Assembly: GCA_028826165.1 (NCBI GenBank)
Contig: JAPDFW010000099.1
Location: 124,001 to 188,000, forward strand
Direction: 5' to 3'
DNA length: 64,000 bases
From: Anaeramoeba ignava BMAN
Taxonomy: Eukaryota; Protista; Anaeramoebae
Shown one piece after another: positions 1 through 15,473 of this stretch (its first letter is position 1; each line of letters opens with the position of its first letter). The notes under the pieces were generated by a model. That model was not told where the DNA came from. It made no database searches and saw nothing but the letters and a program-made list of their open reading frames with translations. A program made the position numbers and the translations under genes.

Positions 1-3000
1 CGATATCGTTTCCCATGATTTTTGATACCTTTTCCATATCTTTCTGCTCTTGGTCTTGATCCAAAAACGGATAGTGATTCCAATTTTGTTGGAGATAAAA
101 ATCATTTCCGTTTTCTTGTGTTTGGAATTCTGGATTATTGCCTGATGTAAATACATAAGCTGCAAGTGGTAATCCAAGATGATAATTGGGGATTTGTGAT
201 TCGTTGCCATTTGTATTTGCATAAATAAATGGGCTGCCAAGTACAACCATTTGATTTACATATCCATAGGGACTTGTTGTTTGCAAATATTCCTGGGTTG
301 TTGTCCCCATTCTTTCCATATTATTATAATAATTTTCCATTTGATTCTGATATGTTTGTTGTTGATATTTTTGCATTTCTTCATAATCTTGCAATTTCTT
401 TGCAAGAGCAAGATCTGCTTCCTCCATTTTTTTCGCACTCGTATGTCTTGAATGCGTATGTTGATTCTCATTGACTTCATTAAATTCTCCGCTGTCGATA
501 TTTTTCAACAGATTATCCAGCGGGATTGATTGCTCGATGATTGATTTAATTTGGTCGTAAATTTGGTTCCAAATTGTTTCATACAAATTTTCTCCTTTTT
601 CCAAACAAATCAAGAAAGGATACCCAGTTTGTTGTTGAGACGTAATCTCCCCTTGGTTTTGCGATGGATTCATCGCTGTTTCCACAACATGTTTTATTTG
701 GGTCACTTGGATTTTCAATAACTTCCCAATTTTCTTGTTGGTATTTTCCAATTTGGGAAGTTCATATGCAAAAATTTTCTGATGTTGATTTTCCATAAAT
801 TCCTCAGTTGTTGTTATTCTTGTCTCAATTGAAAAATTATTTGCTGAGCAAAGATACAATAGATTTCTATCTGCACCCGTTTTTTCTGCAATTTCTTTCT
901 TGATATCCTCAAGTGTTGTTTTTTCTGAATTTTCCACAAAAATTATTTTATCCTTTTTTTTGTCTTTTGCAAAAATAACTGCTATTTTTTTGGTTCCAAA
1001 TTGCTCTTCTTCTGTTTTGATTGGGAGTTCAAATCCAAGACAATTTTCCGATCGTGTGAATGAATGCTTGCATTCCAAACTTTCAACCTCTGTATCAAGT
1101 TCAATAAAAAAAAGCTCAGAAAAAATGTCCACTTTTTTTGACAGATTTTTTTTCACCATTTCTTCTTTTAGTAAATTTAGGATCGCACTTGTAAATTCGT
1201 GACCGTCTTCTTGTCTTCCCAGTTCAAAAAAAGGTTTTTTTTCTCTCGCTTTTGCAATCAAATCGTACGGATTCATGATCTTGTATTTTCCTTTCCAAAA
1301 CTACATAAATTCAAGAAAAAAAAAATTACGGAATTATTAATCAATCCAAATTTTGCTTTTTTTTTGTTTGTTTTTTGATCCAAACTTTTTTTAAAGCTTT
1401 TGTAAAAATTCCAAGCATTGAATTTTCTTCTTTTTCAAAATTATTTGATTTATCAAGAAAAAATTTCCGCAGATTAACGGAATGAAATAAGCATTGGAAA
1501 GAGGAATTTGCATAGCAAGTATTTCCTAAATTATAAAGTCCACTTACTCCTGGTAAAAACTAAAAAAAAAAGTTATAAGATTATTGAACAAGAAAAATAT
1601 ATAAACCCAGAATATTTACGTTTTTTCTTTTTTGTGGTTGAAAATATGTAATATATTTTTCTCTTTCAATATTTTGTTTGTTTTCATTTGTTGTTATTTC
1701 TGTTGTTTTTGTTTTTGGTTTTTTTCTTTTTTTGTGTAAATTAGTTGATTTTTTTATTTCCGAAATTTTATTTTCCTTATCAAAATTATTTCCTTTATCA
1801 GAATCCGATTCACTTTTGAAATCAGATTCAGTTTCGTTATCATTTTCATTATCATTTTCGTTATCATTTTCATTATCACTTTCATTATCATTTTCATTAT
1901 CATTTTCATTATCACTTTCATTATTACTTGATTTTTTGAATGAATTTTTACTTGATTTTTCGATTAATTGTTCAAATGAATCTTCAAATGAATCTTCAAA
2001 TGGATTATCAAATGGATCTTCAAATGGATTATCTTTTGGTTTTTGAAGAATTGGTGATTTTTCAATATTTTTCTTTTCATTTTTTGAATTTGATTTTGAA
2101 TTTGATTTTTGCAAATTTTCATTTTTAGATTTTGATTTAGATTTTGATTTAGATTTTGATTTTGAATTTGATTTTGATTTTGATTTTTGATTTGATTTTG
2201 ATTTTGATTTTGATTTTGATTTTGATTTAGAATTATTTTTAGAATTATTTTTAGAATCATTTTTAGAATTATTTTTAGAATTATTTTTAGAATTATTTTT
2301 AGAATTATTTTTAGAATCATTTTTAGAATTATTTTTAGAATTATTTTTAGAATCATTTTTAGAATCATTTTTAGAATTATTTTTAGAATTATTTTTAGAA
2401 TTATTTTTAGAATCATTTTTAGAATTATTTTTAGAATTATTTTTAGAATTATTTTTAGAATTATTTTTAGAATTATTTTTTTAGAATCATTTTTAGAATT
2501 ATTTTTTTAGAATTATTTTTAGAATTATTTTTAGAATTATTTTTAGAATCTTTTTTTGAATCTTTTTTAGAATTATTTTTAGAATTATTTTTAGAATCAT
2601 TTTTAGAATCATTTTTTGAATCTTTTTTAGAATCTTTTTTAGAATTATTTTTAGAATCTATTTTTAGAATCTTTTTTAGAATCATTTTTAGAATTATTTT
2701 TAGAATCATTTTTAGAATTATTTTTAGAATCATTTTTAGAATCATTTTTAGAATTATTTTTAGAATTATTTTTAGAATCTTTTTTAGAATCTTTTTTAGA
2801 ATTATTTTTAGAATTATTTTTAGGATCTTTTTTAGAATCGTTTCTTAAATCTTTTTTTGAATCATTTTTAGAATCATTTTTAGAATTATTTTTAGAATTA
2901 TTTTTAGAATTATTTTTAGAATAATTTTTTGAATCATTTTTGAATCATTTTTAGAATTATTTTTAGAATTATTTTTTGAATCATTTCTTAAATCATTTCT

Positions 3001-4621
3001 TAAATCATTTCTTAAATCATTTTTAGAATTATTTTTAGAATCATTTTTTGAATTATTTTTAGAATCATTTTTTGAATCATTTTTAGAATCATTTTTATAA
3101 TGTGATTTTGAATGTTTAGAATGTTTATAATGTGATTTTGAATGTTTAGAATGTTTAGAATGTGATTTTGAATGATTAGAATTTTTAGAATGTGATTTGG
3201 AACGTTTTAAATGTTGAGAATCTTTTTTAGAATATTTTTCATCTTGAATTAATTTAATAAATATTTCAAAATTATCAGATAAATTATAATTATTTAAATT
3301 TGTTTCCTTTTCAAATTGGTTTTCTTCATTGTTTCCAAAATAAATTAAAACTATTAAATCAAAAATAAATAGAAGTTAATAAAACAACTACAACTTTCTT
3401 TCTTTCTTTCTTTCTTTCTTTTTCCAAAATTTTTTTAAATTACTTTCTTTGTTAATTTCAAATTTTTGTAAAATTTTTTTCTTCATTTCTTCAAATGTAC
3501 AAAATTTACTAATTTGAATTTCTTTTTTTTCATTTTTAAAATTAATTGGAATTGATTTTAAAAATAACTCCAAAATTTGATTTCCATCTTGATTAATTGA
3601 TTTTCTTAAAATTTCTGGTCCTCCTCCAAATCTAAATATTTAAAATTAATATCAATATTAAAATTAATATCAAAATTAAAATTAATATTCAAAATTAAAA
3701 TTAAAATTAAAATTAAAATTAAAATTAAAATTAATATTAAAATTAAAATTAAAATTAATATTAAAATTAATATTTAAATTAAAATTAATATTAAAATTAA
3801 TATTTAAATTGATTTTGAAATAAATACTTTTCTTTTAATTCAATCCAATCATTTTCTAATAAAATTAAGAAATTTTGAAAAGAAATATTTTTTTTAAGTG
3901 TATCAACATTTCCATCAATTAAATCCAAGTTTTCAATTTGAGGGAATTTATTCAATATTTTTTGATATTTAATTTGCTTAATTTTTCTAATTTTTTTATT
4001 TTCTTTCGCTTTTTCATTTTCTTTATTAATCTCTTGGTTTTTCTTTTCAATTTGTTTATTAAATTTATAAAATTCATTATTTTTTTCATTAATTTCAGAA
4101 TTTTTTTGCCTAATTTTTGTATTGAAATCTTTAATTTGGTTTTGAATTATATTTTGATTTTGATTTTGATTTTGATTTAGATTTTGATTTTGATTTGAAT
4201 TTTGATTTTGATTTTGATTTTGATTTTGATTTTGATTTTGATTTAGATTTTGATTTTGATTTTGATTTTGATTTTCATTTTGATTTTGATTTTGATTTTC
4301 ATTTTGATTTTGATTTTGATTTTGATTTTGATTTTGATTTTGATTTTGATTTTTAATTTCTTCATTTTTTTTCTCCATTTCAAAATTTAGCTTTTCAATT
4401 TCAACATCATTTTGTTCAGTTTTTTTATTTTGTCTTAAAATTCTTTCATTTTCTTTTTCAATTTTTTTATTTTCTTCTTTAATTTTTTGGTTAAATTTAG
4501 AAATTTTTTTGTTTTTTGAAATAATTTTGTTTTTTTCTTGTTCCCATTTTTTGCTTAAAAGAAAAATATTTTGAATAATTTGTATTTGTTTTTGTTGATT
4601 ATTTATGTTATTATTTAACAT
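1..4621 (-). CDS. Ubiquitin carboxyl-terminal hydrolase, USP4/11/15-like (DUSP-UBL-USP), multi-exon, runs off the left edge
   Basis: Manual translation of the minus strand gives a DUSP tail (WIELKEK|FGGGPEILR) and a UBL (EIQISKFCTFEEMKKKI). The Cys box reads GVSGLYNLGNTCYANSSFQCL (~1480-1555), followed by a QEDGHEF box (~1200). GT-AG introns lie at ~3632-3826, ~3352-3443, 1560-1619 and 1301-1385. The frame is open to base 1. The low-complexity linker at 2130-3200 contains frameshifts. Confidence 0.85.
2225..3100 (-). repeat. 12-nt coding tandem repeat (TCTAAAAATAAT/GAT; SKNN/SKND) inside the USP linker
   Basis: (tttagaattatt/tttagaatcatt)n is directly visible on the + strand. Confidence 0.9.
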
Positions 4622-4891
4622 TATTTAAGGATTTTTTAAAATCGGAAAAAAAGAACAAACCAAAATATAAATGAATAAAAAAAAAAATGAATTCTTTTTT
4701 TTTTCCTTTATTTTTTATTTATTTTTTATTTTTCCGATTTTTTTTTTTAAATTAAAAAGGAGAAAAAAACAAAAAAGGAGAAAAAAAAAAATTTTTCTTT
4801 TTTTCTTAAATTTTTCTTTAATTTTTCTTTTTTTTTCCTTAATTTTTCATTTTTTCTCTTTTTTTTTTTCATTTATAAAATTAAATTTAAA

Positions 4892-7800
4892 ATGGAAAAA
4901 TTAATGTTACCACCATTTGATTATAAACCAACTCCTTATGAAGGTCTAAGTAAAGAAAAAGGTTATGGCTTTACGTAAAGAATATGTTAATCCGTGTTTT
5001 GGTTTATTTTATAAAGACCCAATTATGTAAATTTTATTTCGAAAAAGTCAAAATTGACAATAAAAAAAATAAAATTTTATTTCGAAATTAAAATTAAAAT
5101 CGAAATTAAGAATAAAAAATAAAAATCAAAATAAAAATAAAATTAAAAATCGAAATAAAAATCGAAATTAAAAATAAAAATATAATTAAAAATCGAAATA
5201 AAAATCGAAATTAAGAATAAAAATCGAAATTCAAATTAAATACAAAAAATCAAAAAAATTAAAAAAAATAAAAATATAATTCAAATTAAAAATCGAAATA
5301 AAAATCGAAATAAAAATTAAAATATAATTCAAATTAAAATTAAAATTACAATTAAAAATAAAAATCGAAAATAAAAATAAAAATAAGATCAAAATTAAAA
5401 TAAAAATTAAAATTAAAATTAAATTAAAATAAAAATCGAAATAAAAATCGAAATTAAAAATAAAAATATAATTCAAATTAAATTACAATTAAAAATAAAA
5501 TATAATTCAAAATAAAATTAAAATTAAAAATAAAAATATAATTAAAATTAAATTATCAAAATTAAAAATCGAAATTAAATAAAAATAAAATTCAAATTAA
5601 ATTACAATTAAAATTAAAAATAAGATCAAAATTAAATTAAAATTAAAAATAAAATTAAAATTAAAAATAAAAATCGAAATAAAAATCGAAATTAAAATTA
5701 AATTTAATATTAAATAAAAATTAAAAATAAAATTAAATTAAAATTAAAATTAAAAATTAAAATTAAAAAAAATAAAATCAAAACAATAAAAAAATTAAAA
5801 TAAAAATCGAAATAAAAATTAAAATAAAAATAAAAATAAGATCAAAATTAAAAATAAATTACAATTAAAATTAAAAACAAAATTAAAAATAAAAATCGTA
5901 AAAATTAAAATTAAAATCGAAATTAAATTAAGTTTTTGATGGAAAAATGCAATATGTTTTTGATGAAAAAGGAGAGCGTTATCTTGATTGTAAATAATAA
6001 ATTTCTTCTTTTATTTTTTAAAGTCTCTTTTTTAAAAAAAATATATAAATTTGAAAATAAAGGTATTGCAGGAATTTGTACAGTTTCAGTTGGTCATTCT
6101 CATCCAAAAATCATAAGTAATTATAATAATAAATTTAATAATAAATTTAATAATAAATTAATAATAATTATAATAATAATAATTTTAATAATAATTTTAA
6201 TAATAATTTTAATAATAATTTTAATAATAATTTTAATAATAATTTTAATAATAATTTTAATAATAATTTTAATAATAATTTTAATAATAAAACAGAAGCA
6301 GCAAAAGATCAATATGATAAGATTCAACACATCACAAACATTTATCTTCATCCGAATATTGTTGAATATTCAGAAAAACTTGCTTCAAAATTTCCTGGAA
6401 ATTTGAAAGTTTGTTATTTTTGTAATTCAGGATCAGAAGCAAATGAATTTGCAATGCAACTTGCACGTTCTTATACTGGCCAATTTGATATCATTGCTTT
6501 AAGAAATGCTTATCACGGAATGGTGCATTATTTTTTAAATTAAATCAAATAATTAAATTAAATATTTAAATCAAATCAAATAAACTAAATTAAAATTAAA
6601 TATTTAAATTAAATCAAATATTAAAATTAAATATTTAAATTAAATCAAATATTAAAATCAAATATTTAAATTAAATTAAATCAAATATTTAAATTAAATC
6701 AATTATTTAAATTAAATTAAATTAAATTAAATAAATTAAATCAAATATTAAAATTAAATTAAATCAAATAATTTAAATTAAATCAAAATATTTAAATTAA
6801 ATCAAAATATTTAAATTAAATCAAATATTAAAATCAAATATTTAAATTAAATCAATTATTTAAATTAAATCAATTATTTTTTAAATCAAATAAAAGGGTG
6901 CTGCAATGGATTTAACTGCAAATGCAGCATGGAAACAACCAACACCTCATGGATTTGGAATTCATCATGCTTTACTTCCTGATACTTATCGAGGTTTGAA
7001 TTAAAAATTAAAATTAAAATCAAAATTAAAATTAAAATTAAAATTAAAATTAAAATTAAAAATCAAAATCAAAATTAAAATCAAAATTAAAATTAAAATT
7101 AAAATCAAAATTAAAATTAAAATTAAAATTAAAATTAAAATTAAAATTAAAATTAAAATTAAAATTAAAATTAAAATTAAAATTAAAATTAAAATTAAAA
7201 TTAAAATTAAAATCAAAATTAAAATTAAAAATAGGACCATTTAATGGAGAAGATGCTGGAGAAAAATATGCACAAGATGTTGAAGATCTTATTGGAACAT
7301 CAACATGTGGAAAAGTTGCAGGATTTATTTGTGAACCAATTCAAGGAGTTGGTGGTGTAATTGAATATCCTCCAGATTATTTGAAAAGAGTTTATGAAAT
7401 TGTTCGCAAACATGGTGGTCTTTGTATTGCTGATGAAGTTCAAACAGGTTTTGGGCGTGTATTTATTTATTCATTTAAAATTAAATTCAAAATTAAATTC
7501 AAAATTAAATTCAAAATTAAATTTAAAATTAAATTTAAAATTAAATTTAAAATTAAATTTAAAATTAAATTCAAAATTAAAATTAAAATTAAAATTAAAA
7601 ATCAAAATTAAATTTAAAAATCAAATTCAAAATTAAAATCAAAATTAAAAAAATTCAAAATTAAAAATAAATTTAAAATTAAATTTAAAATTAAATTTAA
7701 AATTAAAATTAAAATTAAAAATCAAAATTAAATTTAAAAATAAATTCAAAATTAAATTCAAAATTAAAATTCAAAATTAAAATTAAATTTAAAAATAAAT

Positions 7801-8990
7801 TCAAAATTAAAAATTAAAATTAAATTCAAAATTAGACTGGAGATAATTATTGGGGATTTCAAAATTATGGTAAAGAATTAATTTTCAATTTAGTTTATTG
7901 GAAAAAATTCTGAAAAATTTCTTTTTTTTTGATTTATTATTATTTTTAAAGGTGTTATTCCTGATATTGTTACAATGGCAAAAGGAATAGGAAATGGAGC
8001 ACCATTAGCTGCAGGTATTTATTTAATATTTAATTTTAATATTTGATTTAATTTTAATTTTAATTTTAATTTTAATTTTAATTTTAATTTTAATTTAAAT
8101 ATTTGATTTAATTTAAATATTTGATTTAATTTTAATTTTGATTTAATTTAATTTTAATATTTGGTTTAAATATTTGATTTAAATATTTGATTTAATTTAA
8201 ATATTTGATTTAATTTTAATTTTAATTTTAATTTAATTTAAATATTTGATTTTATTTAAATATTTGATTTAATTTAAATATTTGATTTATTTGATTTAAT
8301 TTAATTTTAATTTTAATATTTGATTTAATTTTAATTTTAATTTTAATTTTAATTTTAATTTTAATTTTTAATTAGTTGTTACAACTCCTGAAATTGCTCA
8401 ATCAATTACTAAAAAACATCATTTTAATACATTTGGAGGAAATCCTATTTCAATGGCTATTGGAAAAGCAGTATTAGAAGTTATTGACGAAGAGAATATT
8501 CAAGAAAAAGCAAAAGAAGTTGGAGGATATCTTCATTCTGAATTAGAAAAAATGAGAGAAAAACATAAGTTAATAGGGAAAATAAGAGGAAGAGGATTAA
8601 TGTGTGGAATTGATTTGGTAGAAGATCAAAAGACAAAAAAACCAGCAACAACTCAAGCAGGAGAAGTAATGGAAAAATTAAAAGGTAAATTCGGGAAAAT
8701 AATTTTTATTTGCTTTTTTTTATAATTTTTATTTGCTTTTTTTATAATTTTTATTTGCTTTTTTTTTATAATTTTTATTTGCTTTTTTTTATAATTTTTA
8801 TTTGCTTTTTTTTAATTTTTATTTGCTTTTTTTTAATTTAAAAATAGATTTGAAAGTTTTAATTGGAAAAGGTGGTTTATTTGGTAATATTTTAAGAATT
8901 AAACCTCCAATGTGCATCACAAAACCTGATATCAATTATTTCATTAAAGCTCTTGATGTTGTTCTTGATTCAGTCGAGAAAAAAATTTAA
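4892..8990 (+). CDS. AGXT2: Alanine-glyoxylate aminotransferase 2 (class III PLP aminotransferase), ~10 exons
   Basis: Spliced exons give [13 protein letters not shown]..., [83 protein letters not shown] and [14 protein letters not shown], ending at stop 8990. There is one 1-nt homopolymer shift near 4960, and the intron-1 acceptor phase is imperfect. Confidence 0.92.
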
Positions 8991-9159
8991 ATTTTTTCAA
9001 ACAAAAAAAACAAATTAACTTTTTCATTTTTTCTTTTCATTTTTTCTTTTCATTTTTCTTTTCAAAAAAGAAAAAAAAACAACAAAATTTTCATCAAAAA
9101 AAACATCAAAAAAAACATCAAAAAAAACATCAAAAAAAAACAAAACAAAACAACAAAAA

Positions 9160-11491
<2,332 letters not shown>

Positions 11492-11854
11492 TTAATTTAA
11501 TAAAATAAAAATTATAATAAAAATAAAATTAAAAATAAAATTGTTTTAAAAAAAAAAGGTGAAAAAAAAATGAAAAGAAAATTTAAATAAAAAAAAATTT
11601 TTAAATAAAAAATTGTGGAAAAAAAACTGATCAATAAAAAAAAAATTTAAAAAGAAAATTAATTTAAAAAGTGATCAATAAAATGAAAATCAATTAAAAG
11701 AAATTCAAATAAAATTAAATTTAAAATTAAAAAATAAAAACTTTTCAATGTCAAATTTGTTGTAAAAATTTATTTCTATTTGATAAAAAAAAAAGGGTTT
11801 GATTTTTTTTTTTAATTTAGATCAGAAAGTAAAATTAAAAAAAGAAATGGTAAA

Positions 11855-14099
11855 TTAATCATCAAATCTAATATGCTTATTTAATTTTTGATTTGTATTG
11901 ATTTGTATGTTTGTTTTGTGTTTTTTAAAATTATTATTTTGATCTTCATCAATTTCTTTTTTAAATTTATTTCTTTCAAAATTGTTTTTATTTCTTTCGA
12001 AATTGTTTCTATTTCTATCAAAATTGTTTTTGTTTCTATCAAAATTGTTTTTGTTTCTATCAAAATTGTTTTTGTTTCTATCAAAATTGTTTTTATTTCT
12101 ATCAAAATTGTTTTTGTTTCTTTCAAAATTGTTTCTATTTCTATCAAAATTGTTTTTGTTTCTATCAAAATTGTTTTTGTTTCTATCAAAATTGTTTTTA
12201 TTTCTATCAAAATTGTTTCTATTTCTATCAAAATTGTTTTTGTTTCTATCAAAATTGTTTTTGTTTCTATCAAAATTGTTTTTATTTCTATCAAAATTGT
12301 TTTTATTTCTTTCAAAATTGTTTCTATTTCTATCAAAATTGTTTTTGTTTCTATCAAAATTGTTTTTGTTTCTATCAAAATTGTTTTTATTTCTTTCAAA
12401 ATTGTTTTTATTTTTGTGGAAAAATTTTTTTGCTTTATTTCCTTCCTTTTTTTCAATAGAATCTATATCAATAACTAGTTGTTTAATTTGTTTATTGTTA
12501 GTGTCATTTTTGTTTGAATTTGGTTTAAAAAATTCGTCTTCGAAAATATTTATATCTTTTTCCTCATTTTTTTTTTCCTCATTTTTTTCATTAATTTTCT
12601 TCTTTTGAATTTGGATTTTTTCCTCATTTATTTTTCCACTTTTTTTTCCACTTTTTTTTTCATTTGTTTTTTCATTTGTTTTTTCATTTGTTTTTTCATT
12701 TGTTTTCTTCTTTTGAATTTGGATTTTTTCCTCATTTATTTTCTCATTTAAAGATTCTTGTATTTTTTCATTTTCTTTATTTTTTTTTTGTGAAATCATT
12801 TCATCAATTTTTTCTCTCATTTTTTCATGAAATTCTTTTTGATTATTTTCTGAAAATAAAGAAATATATTCTTCATCTTTTGGAAAATAGAAAACATATT
12901 CATAATCTTTTCTTAATTGTTCAAGTTTTTTTTCAAGTTCTTCTATTTTTGTTTCGTTTTTATTTTCAATTCCTTTTAATTCTTTTTCAACTTTTTTAAT
13001 TTCTTTTAAAATATTCTTTTTATCATAAAATCGAATTTTTTTCCAATTTTTTTTAAGAGTTGTACTCTTTTTTGCTTCTTTTTTGTTTTCTAATCGTTTT
13101 TGTAATTGTTCTAATTTTTCTTTTTGAGCTTCAATTATATTTTCGGGTAAATTTGGCTTTTAAAATTTGAAAAGAAAAATTTTATATTTAATATTATATT
13201 TAATATTATATTTAATATTATATTTAATATTATATTTAATTTTATATTTAATTTTATATTTAATTTTATATTTAGTTTTATATTTAATTTTATATTTAAT
13301 ATTATATTTAATTTTATATTTAATTTTATATTTAATATTATATTTTAATTTTATATATTTAATTTTATATTTAATATTATATTTAATTTTATATTTAATT
13401 TTATATTTAATATTATATTTAATTTTATATTTAATTTTATATTTAATATTATATTTAATTTTATATTTAATTTTATATTTAATATTATATTTAATATTAT
13501 ATTTAATATTATATTTAATATTATATTTAATATTATATTTAATATTATATTTAATATTATATATTTAATTTATTATATTTAATATTATATTTAATATTAT
13601 ATTTAATATTATATTTAATTTTATATTTAATTTTATATTTAATTTTATATTTAATATTATATTTAATTTTATATTTAATTTTATATTTAATTTTATATTT
13701 AATATTATATTTAATTTTATATTTAATATTATATTTAATATTATATTTAATTTTATATTTAATATTATATTTAATATTATATTTAATATTATATTTAATA
13801 TTATATTTAATTTTATATTTAATTTTATATTTAATATTATATTTAATATTATATTTAATTTTATATTTAATATTATATATAATATTATATTTAATATTAT
13901 ATTTAATTTTATATTTAATATTATATTTAATATTATATTTAATATTATATTTAATTTTATATTTAATTTTATATTTAATTTTATATTTAATTTTATATTT
14001 AATATTATATTTAATATTATAATTAATTTTGTATTTAAATACTTTTGAAAGGAATCTTTGTATTGAACGAATCTGGTTTTTAATTGTGATTCTTCCCAT
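11855..14099 (-). CDS. EFG1: rRNA-processing protein EFG1-like with C-terminal NFDRNKN heptad repeats
   Basis: Exon 1 is MGRITIKNQIRSIQRFLSK and the intron spans 13157-14042. Exon 2 reads PNLP...WKKIRFYDKK...DYEYVFYFPKDEEYISLF and is in frame with ORF 11855-12820. Confidence 0.8.
11965..12415 (-). repeat. 21-nt coding tandem repeat (N-F-D/E-R-N-K/R-N)n
   Basis: About 21 units of ttctatcaaaattgtttttgt are visible on the + strand. Confidence 0.95.
13157..14042 (-). repeat. Intron filled with a 12-nt AT satellite (TATATTTAATWT)n
   Basis: Direct sequence, bounded by GT and AG on the minus strand. Confidence 0.9.
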
Positions 14100-14119
14100 A
14101 ATCTTTAATTTATAATTGT

Positions 14120-14205
14120 TTGAAAAAAATGAAAAAAATGAAAAAATGAAAAAAATGAAAAAATGAAAAAAATGAAAAAATGAAAAAATGAAAAAATGAA
14201 AAATA
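14120..14205 (-). promoter_or_regulatory. Multimerised TTTTTCATTTT initiator-like element upstream of EFG1
   Basis: (aaaaatga)n on the + strand. The same motif precedes most start codons in the window. Confidence 0.45.
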
Positions 14206-14822
14206 AAATCTTTAAATAAAATTAAATCGGAATAAAATAAAATCTTTAAATAAAATTAAATCGGAATAAAATGAAATCTTTAAATAAAATTAAATCGGAA
14301 AAAAAAAAAAGAAAAAAAGGAAAAAAAAATCAAATAAAAGAAATAGAAAATGGATTTTTTTTTTCATTTTTTTTTTCGAGTTGAATAACTCTATGAATCC
14401 TTGGAGAATTGATCCTATTCAATTAATTATTGGATTTCCAAAAGAGAAATCTCGTCTTGAATTTTTAAGAATATTGAATTTGTCCAATTATTCAAATGAA
14501 TCAAATAAAGTAAATCAATCAAATCAAATAAATGAATCAAATAAAGTAAATGAATCAAATCAAATAAATCAATCAAATCAAGTAAATCAATCAAATCAAA
14601 CAAATCAAATAAATCAAACAAGTGAAAAAAAGGAAAAAAGAAAAGAAAGGAAAAAAAGGAAAAAATATCACAAAAAGAAAAAAATCAAAAAACAAAAACA
14701 AAAACAAAAAAATAGGACAATCCTTAACTAAATACTTTAAATTTAATTTTTTGTTTTGACAAAATAAAATTATTCAAAAAAAATCCACTTTTTTGTTTCA
14801 AATACAATTTTTAATTTGATTT

Positions 14823-15463
14823 AATTTAAATAATTTTGTTTTTTTATAAAATATAAATGGATAATTATTAATTTACTTTAAATTCCAAGAAGAATCCCAT
14901 TTTTTTGTTTTTTCAATCTATTTAAATTTAATAATGAAATAATGAATAAATAATAAATTAAATAAATTAAATATTAAAAATACATCTTTTGTTGAAATTT
15001 TTTTAATTGCAATTTTTAATCTACAATAAACAGAAACAGCATTCTATTTTAATTATAATCAAGAAAGAATAAAAAAGGATAATTTTAATTATAATAATTA
15101 TTATTTCTGAAATAAATAAATTTACAATAACAGAATTAAGTTCAAGATTAAGTAAAGAAGCTATTTGTTGAATACTTAATCTTTCGTCATGTGTAACAAA
15201 TATTTGATATAAAAGTTTTTCAAAATAATCATCTGATGTTCTATTCATTACAAAATTTTTAAGTGGAGGAATTTTATTTTATTTTATTTAATTTAATTTA
15301 TTAATTAAATTTTGTTTTGTAAGTTTTCTTAAATATTTTTTATTATATATAAAAAACTAAAAGAAAAGGAAATAAAAATATACTTGTTATATAATCTGTT
15401 GATTCAACAGGTACTTTTGTATAAATAAATCCTTTAGAATAAAGAAAATGAATTGAATCAAAA
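14823..15463 (-). pseudogene. Duplicated internal fragment of FAM91A1 (copy of ~18471-19123, exons plus introns)
   Basis: Near-identical to 18471-19123, with scattered substitutions and indels. The acceptor AG at ~18924 (aataaag|TTCCT) reads aaataaaa|TTCCT in the copy. Confidence 0.88.
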
Positions 15464-15473
15464 TTAAATTCAA

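Noticed and set aside
5027-5935. Non-canonical splice site at AGXT2 intron 1
   Set aside because: The phase mismatch is explained by one extra T in the run after the AG, and the other introns are canonical.
14381-14731. ORF PWRIDPIQLIIGFPKEKSRLEF as an SLX1/GIY-YIG fragment
   Set aside because: The resemblance is short and weak, there is no GIY-YIG motif, and the remainder is low complexity.
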